Shown here: one piece after another, positions 1 through 8,277 of the stretch
How positions within the stretch are numbered: the first letter of the stretch is position 1
Layout: the number at the start of each line of letters is the position of its first letter
Origin: an uncultured Clostridia bacterium
Lineage (GTDB): Bacteria > Acidobacteriota > Aminicenantia > UBA2199
Reading direction: 5' to 3'
Assembly: GCA_964633415.1 (NCBI GenBank)
Contig: CAZWFY010000006.1
Coordinates: 6,099 to 70,098 of the forward strand
DNA length: 64,000 nucleotides
Position numbers and translations under genes: made by a program
The notes under the pieces: model-generated
Seen by the model: only the letters and a program-made list of their open reading frames with translations
The model's database searches: none
What the model was told of the DNA's origin: nothing

Positions 1-1279
1 AATTCAGATATTCGAGCTGTTTTCTCTCTTTATTAATCTTTACCGTAAAAGATGTTAAATATAGATTTGTTTCGGTAGTTTCAGCAATCAGGTCATTTAA
101 ATATTGCATTGTCTTTGCGATATCCTGATCGCGTTTTATTCTATATGTAAAGTTTGTTCTGAATACGGACATAAGGAGAGATGCCGGAATGCCGTGTCCC
201 GCAATATCGTTTATAGTAAATATTACATCTTCATTTTCCAAGCTGACAATATCATAATAGTCACCGCCGACTTTTGAAGAAGGGATATTGACAAAGCAGT
301 AATCCATCTTTCTCAACTCTTTTTTTTCACTCAATAAAAATGACTGCTGGATCTGTCTCGCGATCTGAAGCTCTTTCTCAATTCTCTCTTTTTCGATAAG
401 CTCACAATACATCTCATATTTATTTATTGAAATTGCCGTATAAATAGACAATCCTCTAAGAAGTGAAATAAAGGATTCCGGAATAGGTGATTCGGATTTT
501 ATTTCAAGAAATCCTGTGATCTTATCTTCTGTACGTAAAGGAAACATTGCCGAATTTTTTTCAATTCTTGTAAGACCGGTATTCTCTGATTTTTCTTCAT
601 CAGAATTTTCACATAATTTATATAATTTCCCCGTTGAATTAACCATCACATTAATCTCTTTTGCACTGATGTTTTCAGTGATAATCTTTTTCAAAACGTT
701 AAAAACCTCTTCATAATCAAATGAAGATGATACGATTTTTCCCAGTTTTATAAGTAATCCTTTCTCTTTGGATTCCCGAACGGTTTTTCTGAAAAGGATT
801 GCATTCTGAAGCGGAATAGAAATATAGGATGAAAAAATATCAAGGATTTTTTCGTCTCTATCCGAGAAGATATCACTCCTTTTATTTATAGCTTCAACGA
901 CTCCGATAAGTTCACTGTTTGAAATGATCGGTGCACCCAAAATCGACTTGGTCTTGAATTTTGTCTTTTCATCAATGAGATTTTCAAATCTGTTGTCTTT
1001 CCCCGGATCATTTATAATAAGATTTTTACAGTTTTCGGCTATCCATCCGGCAGCTCCTTCTCCTTTTTTTATAATAATTTTTTTTAATTCGGATTGACTG
1101 GAACCGGTTGCAGTCTCAAAATATAACTCCTCCCGCTCCTTATTGTAAAGAAATATCGAAGCTTCTTCACAATCGAGATATTTTTTTATCTTTTCGGCAA
1201 TATTTTCAAGAAGTGCATCAAGCTCAAGGTCGGCATATATACCGACAAGTTCCGATCTTATTTTATCTTCTATACTCAT
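1..1279 (-). CDS. PP2C-type phosphoserine phosphatase (RsbU/SpoIIE family) with N-terminal GAF domains. The gene is 3'-truncated by the window start.
   Basis: The ATG is at 1277-1279 on the minus strand. The reverse-strand translation has GAF-like regions, then SpoIIE/PP2C hallmarks (...VGGDYYD... and ...DIAGHGIPASLLM...). The frame stays open to position 1. It is missing from the ORF track because there is no in-window stop. Confidence 0.65.
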   Translation of the reverse strand, partial: MSIEDKIRSELVGIYADLELDALLENIAEKIKKYLDCEEASIFLYNKEREELYFETATGSSQSELKKIIIKKGEGAAGWIAENCKNLIINDPGKDNRFENLIDEKTKFKTKSILGAPIISNSELIGVVEAINKRSDIFSDRDEKILDIFSSYISIPLQNAILFRKTVRESKEKGLLIKLGKIVSSSFDYEEVFNVLKKIITENISAKEINVMVNSTGKLYKLCENSDEEKSENTGLTRIEKNSAMFPLRTEDKITGFLEIKSESPIPESFISLLRGLSIYTAISINKYEMYCELIEKERIEKELQIARQIQQSFLLSEKKELRKMDYCFVNIPSSKVGGDYYDIVSLENEDVIFTINDIAGHGIPASLLMSVFRTNFTYRIKRDQDIAKTMQYLNDLIAETTETNLYLTSFTVKINKERKQLEYLN

Positions 1280-1347
1280 GAAGATAATGATATTTGTTAA
1301 TGAAAAATATGTCAATATAAGAGTATTTAAAGACTCATTAGATTTAC

Positions 1348-1782
1348 TTGAATGAAGAATTACTGTATATATATATCATGAAACAGGTAACTGATGACAA
1401 CAACTGTTTTGCCTGCGGAATGAAAAATCCGGTAGGTTTAAAACTTAAATTTTCATTTGAAAGTGATAGAGCATTTTCGATGGTAAATATCGATAGTGAT
1501 TATCAGGGATGGCAGGGGATAATACACGGCGGAATAATCTCAACAATGCTTGATGAAGCGATGGTTAAAGCTGCTTCCGGAAATAATATCGCATGCGTAA
1601 CCGCCGAGATAAATGTTAAATTCAAAAAGCCTTGTTATACAGGCAAAGATTATAAACTTTACGGAGAGATTGTTGAAAAAAAAAGAAATATTCTTTTTGC
1701 GGAGGGAAGATTGGAAGATAATAACGGAAAAATTGCGGCTGAAGCAAAAGGAAAATTATTTATAGTAGATGGACTTAACTGA
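1348..1782 (+). CDS. Hotdog-fold acyl-CoA thioesterase (PaaI/4HBT-like).
   Basis: The translation contains IHGGIISTMLDEAMVKAA, typical of PaaI-type thioesterases. The true start may be the internal ATG at 1378 (MKQVT...). Confidence 0.65.
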   Translation: MNEELLYIYIMKQVTDDNNCFACGMKNPVGLKLKFSFESDRAFSMVNIDSDYQGWQGIIHGGIISTMLDEAMVKAASGNNIACVTAEINVKFKKPCYTGKDYKLYGEIVEKKRNILFAEGRLEDNNGKIAAEAKGKLFIVDGLN

Positions 1783-2269
1783 GAAAAAAAAGATCATTAC
1801 TTTTAAAGTAAAATCTCTTGCAAAATTAACCGTTGATCTTGTCGGTTTTGATAAGATCAACTCTAAAACCGGATGGATACAGAAAGGAATAAACATAGTC
1901 GAGAAGAGATTTCCAAGTGTCATTAAATATATATCAAAACAGTCGGCTATTTCAAAAATAGATAAATTTAAAATAGTGCTTGAGTGTCATAAAAGTACAA
2001 GTGAAGATCGTCTTAGAAAGATATTTATTTTCTGGGTTGAGAAGGAGTTGGGGAAACGGATCGTATTTATGATATTCGAAGGGATGATATTGCCTTTAAC
2101 TCCGATTATGGCACTTCTGCCGGGACCTAATATTTTCTTCTATATTCCTGCACTCTTCTTCTATTATCACTGGGTATCTTTTTGGGGCCTAAAAAGGCTT
2201 GATTTCAAGAAACTTGATCTTGAAGTAAGATATATTGATAAGGGAAAAAAAGGCGGCGACCGGATTTGA
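1769..2269 (+). CDS. Hypothetical membrane protein (PGPGW-like C-terminus).
   Basis: 166-aa ORF with a hydrophobic C-terminal half (LLPGPNIFFYIPALFFYYHW). Its 3' end overlaps the antisense tRNA-Cys by about 18 nt, so the exact end is uncertain. Confidence 0.4.
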   Translation: MDLTEKKKIITFKVKSLAKLTVDLVGFDKINSKTGWIQKGINIVEKRFPSVIKYISKQSAISKIDKFKIVLECHKSTSEDRLRKIFIFWVEKELGKRIVFMIFEGMILPLTPIMALLPGPNIFFYIPALFFYYHWVSFWGLKRLDFKKLDLEVRYIDKGKKGGDRI

Positions 2270-2321
2270 ACCGATGATAGCGATTTTGCAGACCGCTGCC
2301 TTACCACTTGGCTACGCCGCC
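2252..2321 (-). tRNA. tRNA-Cys (GCA).
   Basis: The reverse complement folds as a cloverleaf: GGCGGCGTAGCCAAGTGGTAAGGCAGCGGTCTGCAAAATCGC...GGTTCAAATCC...CGCCGCC. The anticodon loop CTGCAAA gives GCA. Confidence 0.85.
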
Positions 2322-2328
2322 GGAAAAA

Positions 2329-2403
2329 TGGAGCGGGAAACGGGATTCGAACCCGCGACATCGACCTTGGCAAGGTCGTGCTCTACCACTGAGCCATTCC
2401 CGC
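2329..2403 (-). tRNA. tRNA-Gly (GCC).
   Basis: The reverse complement reads GCGGGAATGGCTCAGTGGTAGAGCACGACCTTGCCAAGGTCG...GGTTCGAATCCCGTTTCCCGCTCCA. The anticodon is GCC and the CCA end is encoded. Confidence 0.85.
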
Positions 2404-2509
2404 ATTTGAAATAGTAGAATAATCTAAAAGTTATTTTTTGTCAAGAGAGAAAATCGTTTAAAAGATTGACATTAAGGTAAAATTTTGATATTAATATTTT
2501 ACAAAATGT

Positions 2510-2584
2510 TCCTCGGTGGCTCAATGGTAGAGCGGGTGACTGTTAATCACTAGGTTGCAGGTTCAAATCCTGCCCGAGGAGCCA
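2510..2584 (+). tRNA. tRNA-Asn (GTT).
   Basis: TCCTCGGTGGCTCAATGGTAGAGCGGGTGACTGTTAATCACTAGG...GGTTCAAATCCTGCCCGAGGAGCCA. The anticodon loop CTGTTAA gives GTT and the CCA end is encoded. Confidence 0.85.
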
Positions 2585-2701
2585 TTTTTCCAAAAATTTA
2601 AAATATCAAACCATTTTATAATCATTTATATAAATAAGAAGTAAATAGATCTTGTTAAATGATGGATTAGTATTTGATATTTGAAAGTTAAGTAGTAAAA
2701 T

Positions 2702-3424
2702 ATGGTGATGAATAAAAGATCGCTAATTCTGTTTTCCGGTGGAATTGATTCAACTACCGCACTTTACTGGGCAAAAAAAGAATTCGATTATGTTCTTGCA
2801 GTGATAATTGATTATTCACAGAAACACAACATTGAGGCTGAGTTTGCAAAACGGATTTGCGAAATGAACTCTATTCCTTATAAACATGTTAAATTTTCGT
2901 TAAAGAATCTGTTTAACTCCGCTCTTCTGAATGATGAAAGGGCGATCCCTGATTCACTTGCGAGTTCAAAAGATAGTAACGGGATACCTTTTACATACGT
3001 TCCTTTCAGAAACGGTCTGTTCCTCTCACTTGCAGCAGGGATAGCAGAATCTGAAAATATAAGAAATATAATAACCGGTTTTAATCTTATTGATACACCG
3101 GATTATCCTGATACAACTGAAATTTTTTCAAAAAAAATGGAAGATGCAATAAACGAGGGCACATCGGCATCGATTACCGGTGATAAGTTCAGCATCAAAA
3201 CTCCTCTAATTAAACTTAAGAAATATGAGATAATTCAAATGGGACTTGAGTTGGGTGCTGATTATTCCTATTCGATTTCATGTTACAGAGGGGAGGAGAT
3301 TCCATGTATGAAATGTCCGTCCTGTGATATAAGAAACAGAGCTTTTGAAAAGATAGGAATGACGGATCCGCTTATTGTAAGGCTTAAAAAGGAAGGCAAA
3401 TATGAAAAGGACTCTGATAGTTAA
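2702..3424 (+). CDS. queC: 7-cyano-7-deazaguanine synthase QueC.
   Basis: N-terminal LILFSGGIDSTTALYWA (SGGxDS PP-loop) and a C-terminal Cys cluster (CYRGEEIPCMKCPSCDIR). Confidence 0.9.
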   Translation: MVMNKRSLILFSGGIDSTTALYWAKKEFDYVLAVIIDYSQKHNIEAEFAKRICEMNSIPYKHVKFSLKNLFNSALLNDERAIPDSLASSKDSNGIPFTYVPFRNGLFLSLAAGIAESENIRNIITGFNLIDTPDYPDTTEIFSKKMEDAINEGTSASITGDKFSIKTPLIKLKKYEIIQMGLELGADYSYSISCYRGEEIPCMKCPSCDIRNRAFEKIGMTDPLIVRLKKEGKYEKDSDS

Positions 3425-3743
3425 GCAAAAATTTTCTTCGGCACATTTTCTGGAATATTATGAAGGAAAATGTGAAAAGATGCATGGGCATACATTTGAG
3501 ATTGAAGTGCATTTTAAGGGTGAAAAACTCGATAGATCGGGAATTGCAATCGATTTTACAAAATTAAAGATCTTTTTAAAAGAAATTTTACCGGATCATA
3601 AGGTTCTTAATGAAATATATGATTTTTCTCCGTCTGCTGAAAATCTTTCCGAATATTTTTTTAAAAAAATCAAGGAAAAATATCCGGTAATAAAAGTAAT
3701 TGTATGGGAATCTGAAAATGCAGCGGCTTCATATGAGGAGTGA
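3402..3743 (+). CDS. queD: 6-carboxy-5,6,7,8-tetrahydropterin synthase QueD.
   Basis: 113 aa of the PTPS family (FSSAHFL...CEKMHGHTFEIEV), overlapping the queC stop. Confidence 0.85.
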   Translation: MKRTLIVKQKFSSAHFLEYYEGKCEKMHGHTFEIEVHFKGEKLDRSGIAIDFTKLKIFLKEILPDHKVLNEIYDFSPSAENLSEYFFKKIKEKYPVIKVIVWESENAAASYEE

Positions 3744-3755
3744 TAAAAATTATTA

Positions 3756-4379
3756 ATGGATAATTTTTATATCAGCGAAATATTCTGGTCTGCACAGGGT
3801 GAGGGCGAAAGGGTCGGTATTCCGTCTGTCTTTTTAAGAATGGCCGGATGTTCCTTGAAATGTGATTATTGCGACACAAAATATTCATGGAAAAACGGAT
3901 CAATATTCACTATAGATGAAATAATAGATAAGATTGAAGAATTGATGGTAAAGAATCCCGGAATATCACAAGTAGTAATTACGGGCGGAGAACCTCTCGA
4001 GCAGGATATTTTTCCGATTATAAATTTTTTAAGAAAGAAAAAAATATTTGTAGCTATTGAGACCAACGGAATACATAATATAAAAACAGATGTAGATTGG
4101 ATGACTGTTTCACCGAAAGATGTAAACGGATACAAAATCAATCCATTGATATACAAAAAAATTAATGAAATAAAGTTGATTGTAAATAAAAATTTAACAG
4201 TTGAAATTGTAAAAGATTTTTATAGTTCCGTTAATAATATCCCTATATTTTTACAGCCTCAGCATTTTGAAGAGCTTAGATTTAGAAACACTTACAAATT
4301 TTATACCGATTGTATTTTAGAGGGAATTAAAAGTGCAAGACTCGGGTTTCAAATGCAAAATTTTTATGGAATTAAGTAA
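3756..4379 (+). CDS. queE: 7-carboxy-7-deazaguanine synthase QueE (radical SAM).
   Basis: FWSAQGEGERVGIPSVFLRMAGCSLKCDYCDTKYSW is the QueE-type Cys motif. It completes a queCDE operon. Confidence 0.85.
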   Translation: MDNFYISEIFWSAQGEGERVGIPSVFLRMAGCSLKCDYCDTKYSWKNGSIFTIDEIIDKIEELMVKNPGISQVVITGGEPLEQDIFPIINFLRKKKIFVAIETNGIHNIKTDVDWMTVSPKDVNGYKINPLIYKKINEIKLIVNKNLTVEIVKDFYSSVNNIPIFLQPQHFEELRFRNTYKFYTDCILEGIKSARLGFQMQNFYGIK

Positions 4380-4386
4380 AATTCCA

Positions 4387-4414
4387 TTGATTTAAATAGA
4401 TAAAGCTGTATAAT
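4387..4414 (+). promoter_or_regulatory. Candidate sigma70-type promoter for ackA (TTGATT-16-TATAAT).
   Basis: -35-like element at 4387-4392 and TATAAT at 4409-4414, about 27 nt upstream of the RBS AGAGGTG and the ATG. Confidence 0.35.
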
Positions 4415-4440
4415 TAACTGTTTAACTTTAAGAGGTGTTT

Positions 4441-5646
4441 ATGAAGATATTTGTGATAAATTCCGGAAGTTCTTCGATAAAATTTCAATTGATAGATTTT
4501 AAGAAGAAATTTGTTATGGCAAAGGGACTATGCGAAAGAATAGGCTTGAAAGGTTCAAAACTGACCTATTATTTAGGTGAAGAAAAATTTGTGATCGAGG
4601 AAGATATCGAAAATCATGAGAGAGGAATTGACCTGATAATAAGAAAAATAACTGATAAGGAACACGGCGTAATAAAAGATAAAAAAGAGATATACGGAGT
4701 AGGACATAGAGTTGTTCATGCAGGTGAAAAATTCAGCAGTACAGTTATTATAAATGATGATGTGATGAAAGCGCTTAAAGAGTGTATTCCTCTGGCTCCC
4801 TTACATAATCCACCTAATATTACCGGAATAGAAGCAACAAAAAAGTTTTTACCCGGAATACCTATGGCTGGTGTATTTGATACGGCATTTCATCAGACAA
4901 TGCCGGAGAAAGCTTATATATATCCTCTTCCTTATGAATATTATGAAAAATACAGAATAAGGCGATACGGATTTCATGGAACTTCCCACATGTTTGTTGC
5001 TAAAGAGGGAGCAAAATATCTGGGAAAAAAGCTTTCTGATTTAAAGATTATCACCTGCCATCTCGGAAACGGTTCTTCAATAGCTGCTATTAATAAAGGA
5101 TCTTCTGTCGATACAACTATGGGATTTACACCGCTTGAAGGTCTTATGATGGGAACAAGATGTGGAGATATCGATCCTGCTATCCCCTTATTTATTCAAA
5201 GAAGCGAAGGGGTAAGTGCAGAAGAAGTAAATATTATTATGAATAGAATGAGTGGTATTAAAGGTGTTTCGGGTGTATCTTCCGATATGAGAGATGTTGA
5301 AGAGATGATTGAGAAAGGAGATAAGAGATCGATATTGGCTGTTGATATATTCTCATATAGAATAAAAAAATATATCGGTGCTTATATTGCAGCCATGAAC
5401 GGCCTGGATCTTCTTATATTTACTGCAGGAATCGGAGAAAGAGATCTTCTGGTAAGAGAAAAGGTTTTAACCGATATGGATTATCTCGGTATAAAATTCA
5501 GTAAAGAAAGAAATAATGATACTTTCGGGAAAATGGGCGTAATCACAGAGGAAAATTCAAAGGTTAAAACTATGGTTATACCGACAAACGAGGAACTTGA
5601 GATTGCTGAACAGACTGTAAATGCGATAGAGTCTCAAATTAATTGA
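4441..5646 (+). CDS. ackA: Acetate kinase.
   Basis: MKIFVINSGSSSIKFQL N-terminus, a conserved ...GFHGTSH... motif and 401 aa. The start is chosen at the ATG preceded by the RBS. Confidence 0.9.
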   Translation: MKIFVINSGSSSIKFQLIDFKKKFVMAKGLCERIGLKGSKLTYYLGEEKFVIEEDIENHERGIDLIIRKITDKEHGVIKDKKEIYGVGHRVVHAGEKFSSTVIINDDVMKALKECIPLAPLHNPPNITGIEATKKFLPGIPMAGVFDTAFHQTMPEKAYIYPLPYEYYEKYRIRRYGFHGTSHMFVAKEGAKYLGKKLSDLKIITCHLGNGSSIAAINKGSSVDTTMGFTPLEGLMMGTRCGDIDPAIPLFIQRSEGVSAEEVNIIMNRMSGIKGVSGVSSDMRDVEEMIEKGDKRSILAVDIFSYRIKKYIGAYIAAMNGLDLLIFTAGIGERDLLVREKVLTDMDYLGIKFSKERNNDTFGKMGVITEENSKVKTMVIPTNEELEIAEQTVNAIESQIN

Positions 5647-5771
5647 AAAATTTATTTTTTTGATTTCTTTTTAATAAGAATTAATGCAATATAAATCAAT
5701 AGAAGAGGAATAAAGATAGAGACGATCAATTTATAAAAATTCAGATCAGTTATAATTTCCATTGCAACAGA

Positions 5772-6731
5772 TTACCTTGTTTTTATTTTTATTCCTCCGA
5801 AAAAGTATGCTATGGAGTTATAGATAAATCCCAAAATCAACGAGGAGATGGAAAAGAAAAGGGATCCGGTTATTCCTCCGAGTGCGGAAAATATTAAACC
5901 ACCCTGGATTTTACCTCTTGTTTCAATCAGCATCTGTGGAAAATGGCTGAGAAAATCATTGAATATATTAAAGATGCCGAAAGACGCTCCGAAGATCACT
6001 CCTAAAATAAGTCCTAATCCTCCCATGAAAAAGATCAGTGAGATTAAATGGACTGAAGTTATTGTCATCATATTGATACTTTTTTTCTTTTTTGATCCGA
6101 GTTCTTTCTGATTTGCACCGCAAAAACTACAAAAAACAGAATAAGACGGTATTTTAGATTGGCAGACAATACAACTCGACATTTTATCTTCATTCTCATC
6201 GTCATTTTCTTCACCGGTTTCGGACGAGATAACTTGTTTTTCACTTTCGTCAGATGAATCTGAAATCTTTGATCTCAGTTCATTTATACCCTTTTCATCC
6301 TGTTTAATAATTGTTGCGGAACTGTCAAGTTCAAGATTTATTTCATTTATGTTATCTTTTTCATCAATTTTTTCATCGGTCTTGGTAAAAGATTCATCTT
6401 TATCGCTGTAGTCTTCGGTTAATTCTATATTTTCTTCATCTTTATTTCCCATATTATCTAAGGTCGGTTTGCTTTCTTCATGGGAGAATTGCTGCGTCAT
6501 CGAAAGATCATTATCCTCGGAATAGGGTAACTTTTCCTTCCACTCTTTACCATCATAGATGTACCATTTCCCGGTGTTACTTCCGATCATCCAGTAATTG
6601 CCGTTTTCATCTCTCAACATAAGTTTTTTCAGTTTTGTTTTCATCTCTTCTTGATCAACTAATCCCTGTTCGAGTTGTAATTTAAGATCATTATATTTAC
6701 CTTCAATTTCAATAAATTTACTTTTATCCAT
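5772..6731 (-). CDS. Hypothetical protein with a SHOCT-like N-terminal domain, an acidic linker, a zinc ribbon (CxxC...CxxC) and a C-terminal hydrophobic domain with about three helices.
   Basis: The N-terminus LKLQLEQGLVDQEEMKTKLKKLML resembles a SHOCT domain. It is followed by WMIGSNTGKWYIYDGKEW, a D/E/S-rich linker, CIVCQSKIPSYSVFCSFCG and Gly-rich TM segments. Confidence 0.55.
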   Translation of the reverse strand: MDKSKFIEIEGKYNDLKLQLEQGLVDQEEMKTKLKKLMLRDENGNYWMIGSNTGKWYIYDGKEWKEKLPYSEDNDLSMTQQFSHEESKPTLDNMGNKDEENIELTEDYSDKDESFTKTDEKIDEKDNINEINLELDSSATIIKQDEKGINELRSKISDSSDESEKQVISSETGEENDDENEDKMSSCIVCQSKIPSYSVFCSFCGANQKELGSKKKKSINMMTITSVHLISLIFFMGGLGLILGVIFGASFGIFNIFNDFLSHFPQMLIETRGKIQGGLIFSALGGITGSLFFSISSLILGFIYNSIAYFFGGIKIKTR

Positions 6732-8017
6732 TAGATTATTCCTCCGGATAACAGGTTTTTCATTTTACCTGAAAGATAAAAAGATCCTGTTATCAAAATA
6801 TCATTTTTAAAAAGTTTTGCCTTTTTTAAAACATCTTCATAATTCTTTATAATAACCGTATTTTTCCCATTAAAATGTGAGATAAGTTTTTCCGCGGGTA
6901 GAGCACGTTTGGAATCTGGTTCGGTAAGAATTATATTTTCCACATATGGTTTAAGATAATCAGCCATTTTTTTATAATTTTTATCGCGTAATACACCAAA
7001 GACAAGAGTCATTCCTTTTTTACCTTTCTCCTTTAAAAATTCACTCAAGGCTTTAATACTCTCTTCGTTATGGCTTGAATCAATAATAATGTAAGGGTTT
7101 TTTGAAAATATTTCAACTCTTCCCGGAACAAAATTAGATTCTATTCCGGAAAAAATCTTTTTTTTCTTAAGATCTATTCCCTGTTCTTTTAAGAGTATGG
7201 AAACCATAAGTGAAGTGTTTGCATTGTCGATCTGATGTCTTCCGTTTAATAATACCTTAAAGGTAAATGTTTCCGTTCTGTAGGAATATTTTACAAGGTA
7301 GTGATTGTCCTCGGTAATATAATCCAGATTTGAATTTTTACCGTAAACAAAATAGACAGGTGCATTAAGATTTTTCGCTATTTTTTTAATTACTTTTGCT
7401 GCAGTCGAATTGGGAGGAGAACCTACAACAACCGGAACATTATGTTTAATTATCCCTGCTTTTTCTGCGGCAATGTCTTTTATATTAGGACCAAGTGTTT
7501 TTGTATGGTCCTTGGATATATTTGTAATGACTGAAACAACAGGAGTGATCGTTGATGTAGCATCAAGTCTTCCTCCAAGCCCAACTTCAAGAACAATGAA
7601 ATCGGCATTCCTCATACAAAAATAATAGAGGGACGTTAAAAAAAGATGTTCAAAATAGGTAGGGGGATTTTGAATGGAACCTTTATCCAATAATTTTTCA
7701 GACAGATTTTTTACATTTCCAAGAGCTTGTGCGAAATCATCTTTAGTAATCCAAGTTTTGTTTATTGTTATTCTTTCTCTGATATTAAGAAGATGGGGTG
7801 AAGTAAAAAGACCGGTAGTATATCCGTTCTTTATAAGAATTGATGTAATGAAATGTGAAGTTGAACCTTTTCCGTTAGTTCCTGCAACTTGAATGAATTT
7901 TTTTTTTTTTAAGTCAAACGGGAAATTATCTATGATCTTTTGGATATTATTAAGCTCTAATTTTGCTCCGTATTCTCTAATCTTGTCAAGATATTGCAGG
8001 GCTTCTTCATAGTTCAT
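6731..8017 (-). CDS. folC: Bifunctional folylpolyglutamate synthase / dihydrofolate synthase.
   Basis: Mur-ligase P-loop VAGTNGKGSTSHF followed by ...TSPHLLNIRERI..., 428 aa. Confidence 0.85.
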   Translation of the reverse strand: MNYEEALQYLDKIREYGAKLELNNIQKIIDNFPFDLKKKKFIQVAGTNGKGSTSHFITSILIKNGYTTGLFTSPHLLNIRERITINKTWITKDDFAQALGNVKNLSEKLLDKGSIQNPPTYFEHLFLTSLYYFCMRNADFIVLEVGLGGRLDATSTITPVVSVITNISKDHTKTLGPNIKDIAAEKAGIIKHNVPVVVGSPPNSTAAKVIKKIAKNLNAPVYFVYGKNSNLDYITEDNHYLVKYSYRTETFTFKVLLNGRHQIDNANTSLMVSILLKEQGIDLKKKKIFSGIESNFVPGRVEIFSKNPYIIIDSSHNEESIKALSEFLKEKGKKGMTLVFGVLRDKNYKKMADYLKPYVENIILTEPDSKRALPAEKLISHFNGKNTVIIKNYEDVLKKAKLFKNDILITGSFYLSGKMKNLLSGGII

Positions 8018-8030
8018 AAAATTTCATCAA

Positions 8031-8261
8031 CTAACTGTTATCTTTACCTTCTTCTTCAAATTCATTATTAACACCAAGAACCAATGCAGCACCGTCATAT
8101 ATCTGTCTTATTGCCTTCTTCTGCTCCTGAAGTCCGTTTATCGTCTCTTTAACTCTGGCAAGTTCCTCATCGATCTTTGCATCAATTATTTCGATCTGCT
8201 TTTTTGATTCCTTTAATGCATTTTCATAAAAAACATTAGCCTCTTCTTTCATTTTTTCCAT
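8031..8261 (-). CDS. Small coiled-coil hypothetical protein (76 aa).
   Basis: The ORF lies 16 nt downstream of the kinase gene. It is predicted to be helical with a charged heptad pattern. Confidence 0.45.
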   Translation of the reverse strand: MEKMKEEANVFYENALKESKKQIEIIDAKIDEELARVKETINGLQEQKKAIRQIYDGAALVLGVNNEFEEEGKDNS

Positions 8262-8277
8262 AGTTAATCTCCTTATG

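Noticed and set aside
516-716. 66-aa plus-strand ORF.
   Set aside because: It lies wholly inside the minus-strand GAF/PP2C phosphatase gene, which has clear SpoIIE motifs. It has no RBS and its composition is low-complexity.
2167-2373. 68-aa minus-strand ORF.
   Set aside because: It overlaps the tRNA-Cys and tRNA-Gly genes and is Arg/Ser-rich. It is an artefact of GC-rich tRNA sequence.
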